DNA from: Mobula hypostoma
Lineage: Eukaryota
Length of the DNA stretch: 64,000 bases
Direction of reading: 5' to 3'
Assembly: GCF_963921235.1 (NCBI RefSeq)
Contig: NC_086110.1
Span: 55,614,001-55,678,000, forward strand
In this document: positions 1 to 12,467 of the stretch, in pieces
Position numbering within the stretch: position 1 is the first letter of the stretch
Layout: every line of letters begins with the position of its first letter
The notes under the pieces: generated by a model
The model's database searches: none
Seen by the model: the letters and a program-made list of their open reading frames with translations, nothing else
What the model was told of the DNA's origin: nothing
Program-made: the position numbers and the translations under genes

Positions 1-500
1 CAATATACTCTCAACCACAGATTTGTCCATCTTGTTGTGTTCGGTTTCCCACTGATTCTATGGTGTAGAAGAAAATGAGTCTCAGGGTTGTGTATGTTGA
101 GATATATATACACTTTGATAGTAACTTTATTTCAAAGTTTGAACTTTGATGCTGTCTGCTGTTGCAAGCAAGTTTTTCATTCTACATCTGTTTTGATGCA
201 GTTGGGCTTTTAACAATAAACTCGACTTTGACTTTTGACTATTAACACAAAATGTGACAAAATTATTTGACTTAAGTTGAATTTATTAAATGAAAATGCA
301 TTGTTTCTTACTTAAGCATTTCAGATTGCTGGATGGATATTGTTAGCACCTAGAGCTTATAAAATACCTTTACCAACAGTATTTCTCTAACATTATGATT
401 ACAGTATTACCAGCTTTAAAGAACTCGTTAATGTGGGAATATGTAAATATATATCAAAAGGCTGTTAATAACAATGGGCCCAAATTCGCAATAAGTATTA

Positions 501-792
501 GGGCTGGCACGGCTGTGCAGAGGTTAGCACCACGCCTTTCAATACAGGTCATCAGGGTTCAATTCCCATCACAGCCTGTAAGGAGTTTGTACATTCTCAC
601 CATGACTGTGTGGGTTTCTTTTAGGTGCTCCGGTTTCCTCCCACAGTCCGGATATACCGATTAGTGGGTTAATTGATTATTGTCAATTTTCCTGTGATTA
701 GGCTAGGGTTGAATCATGGGGTTGCTGGTTGGCGTGGCTCGGGTGGCCAGAAGGGCTTATTCAGAGCTGTATCTCAATTAAAAAAATTAAAA
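501..792 (+). mobile_element. tRNA-derived SINE, HE1/V-SINE type
   Basis: B-box GGTTCAATTCC, V-domain-like core GTTTGTACATTCTCACCATGACTGTGTGGGTTTC...GCTCCGGTTTCCTCCCACAGTCC, A-rich tail. Homologous copies at 5416-5680, 45445-45720, 46590-46865. Confidence 0.85.
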
Positions 793-1563
793 TGAGGCAA
801 CATTAATTAGCTTATTTAAATAATTGCATTTGATTTCTTCATTATATTAAACAGCCCTCATCCTGAGAAACCTGCTACCCCACCATCCAAACAGTAGTAT
901 TTTCTTTTCTCCTGTCTGTTGTCAATCTAGCATTCTGAGTGGATTTTTTAAAAATTACTATTTATGGTATCTCAAGTAGACCCACATCTCCCTTAGTGCA
1001 GTGGTAGGTGCTAAAATGCCTATATAAGCACAGAAATGGCAATTGATTGATCTCATTTGTGGTCAAATGATGAGTCACTGTGACTATCCGGCAATGAAGG
1101 TGATGTGTAGATTGCTAATTGGCTAACTCAGCATGTGTGATTTGATTGGTTAATCGGTTGCAGTGACTCTTGTGGTTCCATAAGTTATTTTAAAACCAAC
1201 ACATTTATGTAAGTTTTTTTTGCTTGGAACTTGAATTTTAAAAAAGTTAAATAATTTTTACACTAGGGAGAAATGACATCAGGAAACTAATTAGCTGATA
1301 TAATTTCTCCTGATACCATACTGACAATGATTCTGTTATAAAGAAAACTGCTGTCGACATATCAATCTTGCCATCACCCAGAGAATGGTTTAAAATAGTT
1401 TCCAAATGCCCATGAATAATTAAAATGAGTTTTTCTCAGCAAAACTGGTTTAACCTCTAGAATATAATTCAGCTCAACAATTACTTTGTGATGAACAGGT
1501 TATTAAACATAATTGAGTGTCTCTTCCTGTTCCTATGCCTTCTGAAATATTGAAATTATACAG

Positions 1564-1628
1564 GAAGCTCTCTTCCATATTTATCAACGAAACATCAGGA
1601 GGAAGAAACTCCAGTTTAAAAAAGTAAT
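1564..1628 (+). CDS. Candidate coding exon of an unidentified gene (EALFHIYQRNIRRKKLQFKKV)
   Basis: Acceptor ttatacAG at 1562-1563, consensus donor GTAAGT at 1629-1634, only one open frame, unique (non-repeat) sequence. Protein not recognised. Confidence 0.35.
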
Positions 1629-2384
1629 GTAAGTGTAAAATTAGATTTTTCAGATTTTTTGCTTAAGATATTCTCTGGAGGATGATTAGTTGCTTAATAT
1701 ATTTTAAATTATGTTTCAATGTTTCCACTTAAGTTTATTGACTCCTCTAACTCTCAACACGCTCCTGTTGCATCAGAATTATTGACTATCAGTTGTTTTT
1801 TATTTTATCAGATAAATTTTTATGTGTTGTCACCTGATCTTTGTGTAATTACCTGTCTGAATCCTTCCAGCCATCCCATGACCCAAGAAAATGTTAACTA
1901 AAGCTATGAATGGCATTCTCTGAGATGCCAATGTCTTAAGTCTCCAGTGTACACACTTACTTTATCCCAGTATAACAGTTCTGTGAGAAAGATAAACAGA
2001 CCAGGGCGCTTTTTTTGAGAACGCTGAGAATAAGAGTTATAGTGACATGACTGGTAGAGTAAACACAGAATATTTCCTTTTGTAGAGAGTCCAAAGTTAG
2101 ACATCATAATTAAAAGGCTGTGACCAATGGATTCAAAAAAAGTATTCAGGAAATTGTTCATCATTCAGAAAGTGGTGAGAATGTGGAACTTGTATGTGTC
2201 GAATGACTAAAAAGAATATAGTAAGATAATTAAGAAGACACAGGATACCAGCAGGAGAAGTAAGAGGACTTCTTTCACAGAGTTACTCTTTAATCAGCAC
2301 TGTATGTCCTGCATTTTCTGTTTTTATATTTCAGTGGAGTATTCTGAAAGTGATGAGGCTTATGTGGAGCATTAGGAAGAAAGG

Positions 2385-2722
2385 TTTGCATTTCTCTAAC
2401 ATCTTTTGCAGGTCTTTCAGGGTGTTCCAAAAACTATTGATCTGTATTTAAAGTATAATGACCATTGTAATGTAGAAAATGGAATAAGCCATCTGTATAC
2501 AACAACCTCCTAGGAACAACACCATGAAAGTGAATGGAGTTTTTAATGATGTTGATGGAGGGTTAAATATTGGACACAGTCCTCAGGATAATTGCACCTC
2601 TCTTCTTCCCAACAGTGCTGCATAACATTCTATGTCCACTGGAGAGTGTGCATGCAACCAAAAAATAGAATCTCCAACAGCACACAACAGTTCCTCAGAA
2701 CTGCACGGAGAACTAGCTTAGG
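2385..2722 (-). mobile_element. Old Deu-domain SINE relic (SacSINE1/AmnSINE1-like)
   Basis: Collinear similarity to the recalled antisense DeuSINE consensus: TTGCATTT...GGGTGTTCCAAAA...ATTGTAATGTAGAAAA...TGTTGATGGAGGGTTAAATATTGGAC...CTCTTCTTC...TATGTCCACTGGAGAG...CCTCAGAACTGCAC. Confidence 0.65.
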
Positions 2723-3469
2723 TCCCCTCTTCCAATGTCCTGACCAGGGAAGGATCTGGCATCTCGGCACATTTCCACATAGCAAGTTTGTGATTGAGAA
2801 CTGGGGTAGCAGCCAGTTGATCCATGCTACTATTTGGAATATAGATGTTGTCCTTTACAATATACAATGGGAGGTATTTATTAGAAACAGATCAACATAC
2901 CCCATGCATTTGTTCTATGAGGGGGGCAGTTTGTACAACCCCAGTTCACAGTTTTATGCCAGCGCGCCAAATTACGGAAGGACTTTGTGTTACATTATAG
3001 AAGAAAATGTCCGAGGAAAGATGATTGTGCATATAAACACAGCATCAAACATAGGAATCTGATAGGATTGGTTTGTATGCCTTTGTTAGTGGGATTAAAT
3101 CATCCTTATCCTGAACTATTCCCAAAGTTAATGACCTCCACTCTTTCTACAAACTGACTGTCTTACATCAAGCCTATTAGTCTATTGCTTGTGAAGATCT
3201 ATCTTAATTTATTCTGTGGCTTTCAAGGTGAAGAACACAATACTTTATACTTCATTCAGTCACAGTCAGAATCAGATCAGGTCTAACATACTTCTAGACT
3301 GAACAATCTCCCTTATGATCTCCTCATTCTGGTTCTGAAACTCTCCCTCCCCCAGCACCACCATCAGAACTCCTACTCTGCTTTTTGCAAACCAATTACT
3401 CCCTGGACCCTCAAGATTCTCAACAAAACTGATTCATGCCCAACCACAGCTGCAATAGTGGTATCCTGA

Positions 3470-4177
3470 ATTGAACTGAACTGACTTTATTTCTTACATC
3501 CTTCACATACATGTAAAGACTTTTTTCTCGTTATGTCTCTGTCTAAATGTGCAATGTGCAATCATAGTAATTTATAATAATTGATAATAAATGTAACTGT
3601 CAATGTAACATAGAAATACACTCAAATCAGTGTGAGTTAATCTGTCTGATGGCCTGGTGGAAGAAGCTGTCCCGGAGCCTGTTGGTCCTGGCTTTTATGC
3701 TGCGGTACCGTTTCCTGGATGGTAGCAGCTGGAATAGATTGTGCTTGGGGTGACTTGGGTCCCCAGTGATCCTACGGGCCCTTTTTACACACCTGTCCTT
3801 GTAAATTTCCTGAATCATGGGAAGTTCACAACTACAGATACGCTGGGCTGTCCGCACCACTCTCTGCAGAGTCCTGCGATTAAGGGAGGTACAGTTCCCA
3901 TACCAGGCAGTGATGCAGTCAGTCAGGATGCTCTCAATTGTGTCCCTGTAGAAAGTTCTTAGGATTTGGTGGCCCATATCAAATTTCCTGAACCATCTGA
4001 GGTGAAAGAGGTGCTGTTGTGCCTTTTTCACCACACAGCTGGAGTGTACAGACCATGTAAGGTCCTCGGTGATGTGGATACTGAGGAACTTAAAGCTGTT
4101 TACCTTCTCAACCCCAGATCCATTGACATCAATAGGGGTTAGCCCATCTCCATTCCCCCTGTAGTCCACAACCAGCT
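3470..4177 (-). mobile_element. Rex1/Babar LINE, 5'-truncated 3' fragment
   Basis: ORF 3627-4169 (KFLSIHITEDLTWS...KKAQQHLFHL...TIESILTDCITAWYGNC...SFFHQAIR) is typical of the Rex-Babar C-terminus. (TTCAG)n-like tail near 3470-3485. Flanking TCCTGA repeat. Confidence 0.9.
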
Positions 4178-4275
4178 CCTGATGAGTGTCTCAGGCCGAA
4201 ACATCAACTGTACTCTTTTCCATAAATGGTGCCTGGCCAGCTGCGAGTTCCTCCAGCATTTTGTGTGTATGTTGC
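4178..4275 (+). mobile_element. Penelope-like element 3' terminus with decayed hammerhead motif
   Basis: CTGATGA(4179-4185)...GAAA(4198-4201)CATCAACTG, followed by the shared tail GCCTGGCC...GAGTTCCTCCAGCATTTTGTGTGT. Confidence 0.75.
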
Positions 4276-4881
4276 CACAATAGTGATGCTGTTTTAAAGT
4301 TTGGTTTGCTTTTCAGCTCAGCTGAGTTCCTGTTTTAGCTCAAGAGACTTTTTGAATTACCTATCCCAGAAACATTGACCTATGTTTACAGGGTAGGAAT
4401 AGGGGCCACTTTGATAGGATCCTAGAAATCCAGAGTTTAACATTTTTCTATTCCATTCATTGCTCAATCAGGTTGACAGGTAGGCTAGCAGCCAGGAAAG
4501 AAAGTTGGACAACTGGAAACTGTTCCATGTAATCGAGAGATCGTGAGCTATAAACACTTATCAATTTTCTTTCAGGAGTTGGTTTTCTTTCTTCAAACAG
4601 CTTATTCACCAGAAAGCTGACAGGAACTGAGTCATTCACAAGGCCTTATTCAAACTTAAAGTGGGTACACATCAAAAGAGCTTTCATATGAAAAGAGCTT
4701 TCATATTACAAACGTCCTCTACTATTTACTTACGAAGACTGTACATGACTCTTAAATTCAGGAAGCATTTCAAAATGCTTCATGATAAGGAGGAAAGGGG
4801 TTTAGTGGAGGAAAAACAAGAGAAAATGGAAGTGAAAGAGAGATCAAAGATAAGGAACTGAAGGCATGACTGAAACTGGAG

Positions 4882-5050
4882 TGTTATAGAGTCACAGATA
4901 AGTACAGCACAGAAACAGGCCCTTAAGCCTGTCCAGTCTATGCCAAAAGCACTTAAACGGCCTACTCCCATCGATCTACTCTCCATACCCCTACTATCCA
5001 TGTAACTATCTAATCTGTGACTTCTTACGTACTCACTGAATGTGAAAATT
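4882..5050 (-). mobile_element. CR1 3' tail fragment
   Basis: ATAGAGTCACAG...GTACAGCACAGAAACAGGCCCTT is the antisense CR1 3' end motif seen in other copies in this window. Confidence 0.6.
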
Positions 5051-5415
5051 GCTGATGTGACCAAAATTCACTGTTTACCTCTAATACCCCTTGAAGCTCC
5101 CTCAGCTTTTTAGGCCATTTTGAAGAACACTTGGAATCAACACTCTAGATCTCCTCTCCAGAAGGACATTAGTTAACCTGCTGATATTTCCCCCCCTCAT
5201 TCTGGGAGATTCATAGGCACCATTTCTGCTTTAATTTGTTTGTTCTAGATGAGAGCACACAACTGCCCTGGCAGCTTTACCAAGCTCACAGGCCAAGGTA
5301 AATTCATGAGGAAGCTGTTCCACAAGATTCCAGGTTTTATATTTCACAGATAAGAATCCTACTTGGAATTTGCAAGCATCCAATAATTTAGACAGGCCAG
5401 AACAATCCTTGCTGT

Positions 5416-5680
5416 TTTATTGAGATACAGTGAAGAACTGGCCCTTCGAGCCACCGCTGCCCAGCAATCCTCGATTTAACCCTTTCCAATGGCCAACTAA
5501 CCTATCAAATGGTACATCTTTGGACTGTGGGAGGAAGCCAGAGCTCCTGAGGGAAACCCACGCAGTCACGGGGAGAACGTAGAAACACCTACAGATCGGG
5601 CGGGAATTGAACCCTGGTCGCTGATGCTGTAAAGCATTGTGCCAATCACAATGCCACAGTGCCACTGCCAATGCCACCAT
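5416..5680 (-). mobile_element. HE1/V-SINE type SINE
   Basis: Antisense V-domain (GGACTGTGGGAGGAAGCCAGAGC...GAAACCCACGCAGTCACGGGGAGAACGT) and antisense B-box GGGAATTGAACCC. Confidence 0.85.
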
Positions 5681-6572
5681 CCTCCTTGGCTGTACTGGCC
5701 GAAGTTACCTGTAACGAGGGTATATTGTTCTTGACTAATTCCATGTGAGAAGCTCTCTGAAGATAAAAGCATGTAAAACCTTTAGATTACAAGTCAGAAC
5801 AAGAATACAGTCTTTGTTTGGGAACTATTCGATGCCTGTGTATAAGCCTGCCCAACAAGGAAAGACATAGTTATAACACAATTTAACACTATTGTATTAT
5901 CTACACAATATGCATGTGTGAGGCTGTATCCAAGGTTATGGGAGGCCTCGTATATCAGAGTGGACGTAAAATGAAGTTTGATTAAGTTAAATGCACGGTT
6001 TCTGGGAAAGCTAGTAAAAATTGGCTATTCTATAGCTAAATTAGAACTACAACTTTCACACATGTGAGGTTGCAAATCTTCTTGCAGTTCAGTGTTGTTG
6101 ACAGCATTTGTGGGAGTTTTACAAAGGAAGGACATAAACATACCCGGCCAAACAGAAATCCTGTTAAAGAAGGAGCTGAATTACCCAATGGTTGCTACCA
6201 GCTGCTCTGAAATGTGTCCACACTTGCTCTACTCTTTAAAAAGCCATTTTTTAACTACATGGAAGTGTTTTGATTGGATTGGAATTCTCCAAAGTTTTAA
6301 GCCACGATGTCACATAGCCATATTTTTGTAGTTTACTTGGGGTGATTTACAAGAAAAGAGAGAGTACATAAAATTCTTGGGTTAAAATGGGTAATATCTG
6401 CTGAATCATTTGATCCCAACCAGATATTTGACTCACTACAATATGGGGCCTATCACAAAGTGTCTCCTGCAGCAGATCCACTTTCCAGTGCAAACATGTT
6501 AAATCCAAATAATTCCCCTAGTCCCATGGCTCAATTTCCTTTTACTTATGTACAGGACGGTGGTTTTCTTCG

Positions 6573-7055
6573 TCAAGTCAAGTCACTTGTTACTGTCATT
6601 TCGACCATAACTGCTGGTATAGTATACAGTAAAAATGAGACAACATTTTTCAGGACCATGGTGCTACATGAAACAATACAAAAACTACACTGAACTACGT
6701 AAAACAACACAAAAACTACACTAGACTACAGACGTACCCGGGACTGCATAAAGTACACAGAACAGTGCAGGCATTACAATAAATAATAAACAATACAATA
6801 GCTAGCGGAGGGCAGTAGGTTGGTAGTCCGATGGCTTGGGGGAGAAACTGTTACATAAATAAACAGCTGAACGGCGGTGTCCGGGATCACATCCATTTCT
6901 GTACTCCCGCCAAGTATTTCGTTGGAGTCGGATCTAGTCCAATTTAATGTCCATTGGAGAGCAGAATGGACGGGAGAGTCGGCCGGCTTGCTTTTTCCCT
7001 GGCATGGACTCCTGCCCACTCGCCTCGCTTCTGCTTCCTCGACACTAATTGCCAT
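6573..7055 (-). mobile_element. Internally deleted Rex-Babar derivative
   Basis: Minus strand joins a Rex ORF N-terminal remnant (LPSILLSN...) almost directly to the ORF C-terminus (AGTTTCTCCCCCAAGCCATCGGACT, SFFPQAIRL-like), then the 3' UTR and a (TTGAC)n tail. Confidence 0.65.
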
Positions 7056-9212
7056 TATTAATTGCCCTTCAGAGGGTAATAGTGATCTATCACCTTCAAC
7101 TGTTACAGTCCTTGAAGTGAAGTGTTGTCGGGTAGGGAATTACAGGATGAAGGAATGGTAATACGTTTCTAAGGACAGTTTTCAATTTGAAGAGAAACTT
7201 GCTGGTGATATTGGTCCCTACATTTGCCTTCTGCCTTTCTCTTTCCCGATATTTGAAGGGCATACTTGGAGGTGCCTTTGAAGAGCCCTTCATACCAATG
7301 CATTTTATAGCTGGTAACCAACGCAGCCACATTGGGAATATGCATTGTAGGGTAGTAGATAGGATAAAAAATATTAATAATGCACAATTCTAAACTGGAG
7401 CGCGAACTGAATGAAGTAAAAATAACATTGCTATTCTATGTGACAATTCATAACCACTTTAAATCAGTCATCTTTTACTCATTGATTCAGTATTAATTGC
7501 CAGGCTTAACTGAATTTCACTTGCTAGTTTTAGATTGCTTGAATTCTTCTCTGTGTGTAACAATGGGAATAGCAATAACACTACATGCAGAATATGGGGG
7601 GAGAGGGTGGGAGGGTTGATGTTTTGCCGCTGCTTATGCATGAGAAGAGGAAAGGGGGCTTTGGGGTTGTAACGTTTTCTGTCATTCATTCTTTGGATTC
7701 TCTTTTATTTTTCATGGATGTCTGCAAAGAGTAAGGATTTCAGGTTGTATACTCTATACATTCTCTCATACTAAATGGAACCATTGAAAAACAAGTGACG
7801 TATGAACCCCTTAATGGTTGGTCTTCAATGCAGATAGTGGGCATTGATAGGAAACACTAAGATAAAATAGCATTACACTATTTGAATAACTTTTAACCTT
7901 TTGCTAACTTTTCAGATTATTTATAGTCATGACCTTAAGAAAACAAATCATTTTGTCACATCTGTTTAAATTGGAGAAAAATATTCTTGACCTTAAATGG
8001 AGGACAAACTACAGAAAGACCTGATGGTTGTGAAATCTGTATAATTAAGGATGACGCTTGAAATTTAACTACAATGATAGAGCTAAAGTAATCAATGAAA
8101 AGGTGATGATGTTTATTTATTCGAGATAAAAACTTTGCTCTTCTATTTTTCTGCCTACACGTCTCATGTTAGTCTTTCCTCGTATCAGCCAAGGTACTTG
8201 GTTTATAATTCAAGCTGACCTAAAGTGTCCAAAATATGACTTTGAAAATGCACAGTCCCATTTTACATTGTTCACAATTTCTTCATCCAGATTTATTTGA
8301 ATGACTGCCTTTTTATCAAACTAGAAATGTATGTAATAAAAGCATAAAATTATATCTAGCCAGTAACATTATGAACAACTTCTTTTAATTTACTATTGAT
8401 GAACAGTATGTCTGTTTCTTGATAACACAATATGATATATTGTTGCACCTATGAAATTATAATGACACCAATAAAATTTCTGAAAGGTCACAAAAACAAG
8501 CACTTGCAATTCGGCACTGTGTCTTGTCAAAGTCTTTTTCTCTCGTTTAAGTGAGTGTCTTCATAAAACTGAATTATTTGTTTAACTTGCATTTATCAAG
8601 TATTGGGAAGAGCATCTGACTGACCGGCATTTATGATATTTACCAGATCACAGAGCAGCTCTCAAAGGCTTTTAGTTACACTCTGGCTTTATATATACCA
8701 CATTAAAGATTAATTGAGAGTCATTTTCATTTTATCTATGATAATGCTGATGGTGACCATTTAGACTGAATTTTGTTTGTAAGTAAGATAAAAATATCTG
8801 TTAAAATGTGGACACTTTCCTTGATAATCTAAATGTTGGTCCATTTGTAAAATGACCTCTACTCAAACAGACTGTGTTGCACAAATAAAGAGCGATACCT
8901 TTTAATCTATGAGTGTCCTGCAAGTGCTTTTTTCTTTGTGGATTATTTCATGGGTTGAGAAGGTTATTTTATGGGGAGAGGTTGAGCAAGATTTCAGAAC
9001 ATAATTGTTAATTTTAGATGGTGCAATAACTATTTCTCTTGGCAAGTAAGTCTGGAACTGGGGGCATCCCAGGATAAGGCGTGTGCCTTTCAAGAAGGAA
9101 ATGAGAAAACATTTCTGCACTTGAGGATTGTAAATCTTCACATTGTGAAATCCAGATGCTCAATTACTGCACACATTCAATTCTGAGATTGACAGAATTT
9201 ATGACATTAAGG

Positions 9213-9292
9213 CATGGGGTTCAAAATCTGGGGTCCATGGACCCCTCTGTTAATGGTAGGGGCCATGGCATAAAAGTGGTTGGGAACCCCTG
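9213..9292. mobile_element. 80-bp hAT (Charlie/MER5-like) MITE
   Basis: Right TIR GGTTGGGAACCCCTG, degenerate left TIR CATGGGGTTCAAAATC, perfect 8-bp TSD CATTAAGG (9205-9212 and 9293-9300). Sits in an old CR1 tail. Confidence 0.85.
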
Positions 9293-10689
9293 CATTAAGG
9301 GAATAAAGTGAAAAATCAAAGGGTAGGAGGCTGGAAGATCTCCAGGATAGACCAGGAATTTGTTGAGTGTCAGAGCATGCTCAGTGCTCTTTGCCAACTC
9401 CTGCTTCTATATTTTTTTCCACACTTTTCCATAATTCTCAAAACATTGACCAAATGAGACTAAAATTCATTTCAGCAATTCAGACAACTTATTCTGACTT
9501 CAAGAACATGACCAGACCACAGGGAAAGGGTGGGGTGTAAAAGTGTGAGGAATTGAAACAGAACCTTACTGAATTCATTTCTCTGCAATCTGCCAACGGC
9601 AGAGTGCAGCAAACTTTCAATCCATCTCTATCTAGTGATGTAAAATGGTCGGGGCCTAATGTTTATACCCAGTAGATACCCCTCATGTCAAGCAAGTAGA
9701 GCAGTACCTTAAATAAAATCACAATTTTCAGGAAAATTAGAACTTGGACGGGTTCAGTTTCTCTTTCATTATGATAGCATTGCACAAGAATTTTGCACAT
9801 CTTGTATGGTTGTTGAGTTTTTAAAGAGTTGCTTATGCTTTTTGCAATACAGCTAATGTTATTTTCTATGTGAGTAAATTAAGAGAAGGACCAGCAAAGT
9901 GTTTCTGTTATGAAAGATGTCTTTTTTGACTGTCAGATGCCCTGTAAAATGGTTTATCACATCAATATAAAAGGAGATTTTTTTCAAACAAGAATGCACA
10001 AAGCTGATAATGCAAAGAACCAGTTTTAACATGTGTTGTTAAAAACTTGTTTAAATACATCTTTATCAGGGTGTAGAGTAATCCACTTTATTAGGTACCT
10101 CTTGTAGTTGCCACTGAGTGAATATTATATAATGAAGTGGTTGGACACATATTAATGTGCTTTATCGGTATTCAAATATACTGAAATTAAAAATGCTTGC
10201 AGTCTAGCAGCTTTTGTGAAGAGAGGAACAGATGTAGCATTTCAATTCAAACAGCTTTTATCAGAGTGGCAGCAAATGGGAGATACAATAGATTTCAGTG
10301 AGTATGGAGGGAGAAAGAAGGAGACAACTTATCCAGCTTCCTTTTGAGTCATATACAGAGCTTATAAAAAGTATTCACTCCCTCACCCCGGAAGTTTTCA
10401 TGTTTTATTGTTTTATAACATTGAATCGCAGAGGACTTAATTTAGCTTTTTTGACACTGATCAACAGAAAAAGAATCTTTTGAGTCAAAGTGAAAACAGA
10501 TCTCTACAAAGTGATCTAAATTAACTACAATTGCATAAGGATGCAGCCACTTTAATATAATCATCACTGGTGCAGCCAATTGGTTTTAAAAGTCACACAA
10601 TTAGTTAAATGGAGAGCTGTTTATGGAGACCTGTGTGCAGTCAAGGTGTTTCAATTGACTGTAGTAAAAATAACCTGTATTAGGAAGGT

Positions 10690-11008
10690 GTGTGGGCACG
10701 TGGCCAAGTGGTTAAGGCATTTGACTAGCGACCTGAAGGTCATGAGTTCGAGCTCCAGCCGAGGCAGCGTGTTGTGTCCTTGAGCAAGGCACTTAACCAC
10801 ACATTGCTCTGCTACGACACTGGTGCCAAGCTGTATTGGCCCTTGCTCTTCCCTTGGACAACATCGGTGTCATGGAGAGGGGAGACTTGCAGCATGGGCA
10901 ACTGCCGGTCTTCCATACAACCTTGCCCAGGCCTGCGCCCTAGGGAGTGAAGACTTTCCAGGCGCAGATCCATGGTCTCGCAAGACTAACAGATGCCTTT
11001 ATTTTTTG
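10690..11008 (+). mobile_element. tRNA-headed SINE inserted in the Tc1 5' UTR
   Basis: A-box TGGCCAAGTGG, B-box GAGTTCGAGCT, perfect 10-bp TSD TTAGGAAGGT (10680-10689 and 11009-11018). Confidence 0.9.
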
Positions 11009-11058
11009 TTAGGAAGGTCCAACTGCTGGTGAGTCAGTATCCTGGTGAAAATTGCACC

Positions 11059-12001
11059 ATGAAGACAAAAGAACACTCCAAGCAACTCTGCAAAAAGGTT
11101 ATTGAAAGGCACAAGTCAGGAGAAAATTTCCAAATCACAGAATATCCCTTGGAGTACAGTTAAGTCAATCATCCAGAAATGAAAAGAGTATGACACAATA
11201 GGTCGTCCTCAAAAACTGAGCAACTGTGCAACAAGGGGACAAGTGAGGAAGGCCACCAAGATACCTATGACAACTCTGAAAGAGTTACAAGCTTCAGTGG
11301 CTGAGATGGGAGAGACTGCGCATACAACATCTGTTGCCTGGGTGCCTCACCAGTCACCAGCCACTATTGGAAAAAAAACTCACATGAAATCTTGGCTAGT
11401 GTTTGCCAGAGGCATGTGGGAGACTCGGGATTCAAGTGGAAGAAGGTTCTATGGTCTGATAAAACCAAAACTGAGTTTTTTGGCCATTAGACTAAACACC
11501 ATGCATCATCAAAAACATGCCATCCTTCCTGTGAAGCATGGTGGTGGCTGCATCATGTTGTGAGGATGCTTTACTGCAGCAGGACCTGGAAGACTTTGGA
11601 AGGTAGAGGGTAAAATGAATACAGCAAAATACAGGAAAATCCTGGAGGAAAACCTGATGCAGTCTGCAAGAGAACTGTGACTTGGGAGAAGATTTGTTTT
11701 CCAGCAAGACAATGACCCCAAACATAAAGCCAAAGCTACACAGGAATGGTTTTAAAACAACGAAGTTAATGTTCTGCAGTGGCCAAGTCAGAGTCCGGTC
11801 CTCAATCCAGTTGAGAATTTGTGGCTGGACTTGAAAAGAGCTGTTCACTTACAATCCCCGTGCAACCTGACAGAGCTTGAGCAGTTTTGTAAAGAGGAAT
11901 GGGGGAAAATTGCAGTGTCCAGATGTACAAAGCTATCAGAGACCTATCCACACAGACTCAAGGCCGTAATTGCTTCCAGTGGTGCATCTACTAAGTACTG
12001 A
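11059..12001 (+). pseudogene. Tc1 DDE transposase pseudogene
   Basis: MKTKEHSKQL...VKHGGGCIML*GCF...FQQDNDPKH...WPSQSP...PVENLW...GASTKY*, with several stops, frameshifts and deletions. Confidence 0.92.
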
Positions 12002-12467
12002 CTTGAAGAGAGTGAATACCTATGCAAGCAATTATTGTGTGTTTTATATTTGTAACTAATTTAGATCACTTTGTAGAGATCTGTTTTCACTTTGATACAA
12101 AAGAGTATTTTTCTGTTGATCAAAGTCAAAAGAAATCAAATTAAATCTACTGTGATTCAATGTTGTAAAACAATAAAACATGTAATCTTCTAAGTAGGAT
12201 GAATACTTTTTATAGGCACTGTAATTCTTCCATGACTCCTTCTATCATATCTTGCAGATCTTAACAACTCAAACTGTAAATGATATTTTCCTCAGACCAC
12301 TTCTGATTCATTTGCTAGTTGCCTTCTTTCTTCATTCTCAAGTTCTTGACTACCCTGGAATTGGTTTCTCTCAATACACTCTGTCTGTACCTTTCATAAT
12401 TTTAACTATCTTTTTCAGCTCCCCTCTCAACCTCCTCTATGCCATGGAGCTTCCCTGGGATTGTTTT

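Larger units (their letters stand above)
10356..12221 (+). mobile_element. Tc1/mariner transposon, Passport-like, long IR/DR-type TIRs
   Basis: TA-flanked termini CAGAGCTTATAAAAAGTATTCA / TGAATACTTTTTATAGGCACTG, long inverted repeats (about 180-220 bp), internal transposase remnant. Confidence 0.93.

Noticed and set aside
2592-3062. 156-aa ORF
   Set aside because: Starts in a SINE relic and runs into probable decayed CR1. No recognisable domain or splice structure.
10690-10770. tRNA-like sequence
   Set aside because: It is a SINE head bounded by a TSD, not a tRNA gene.
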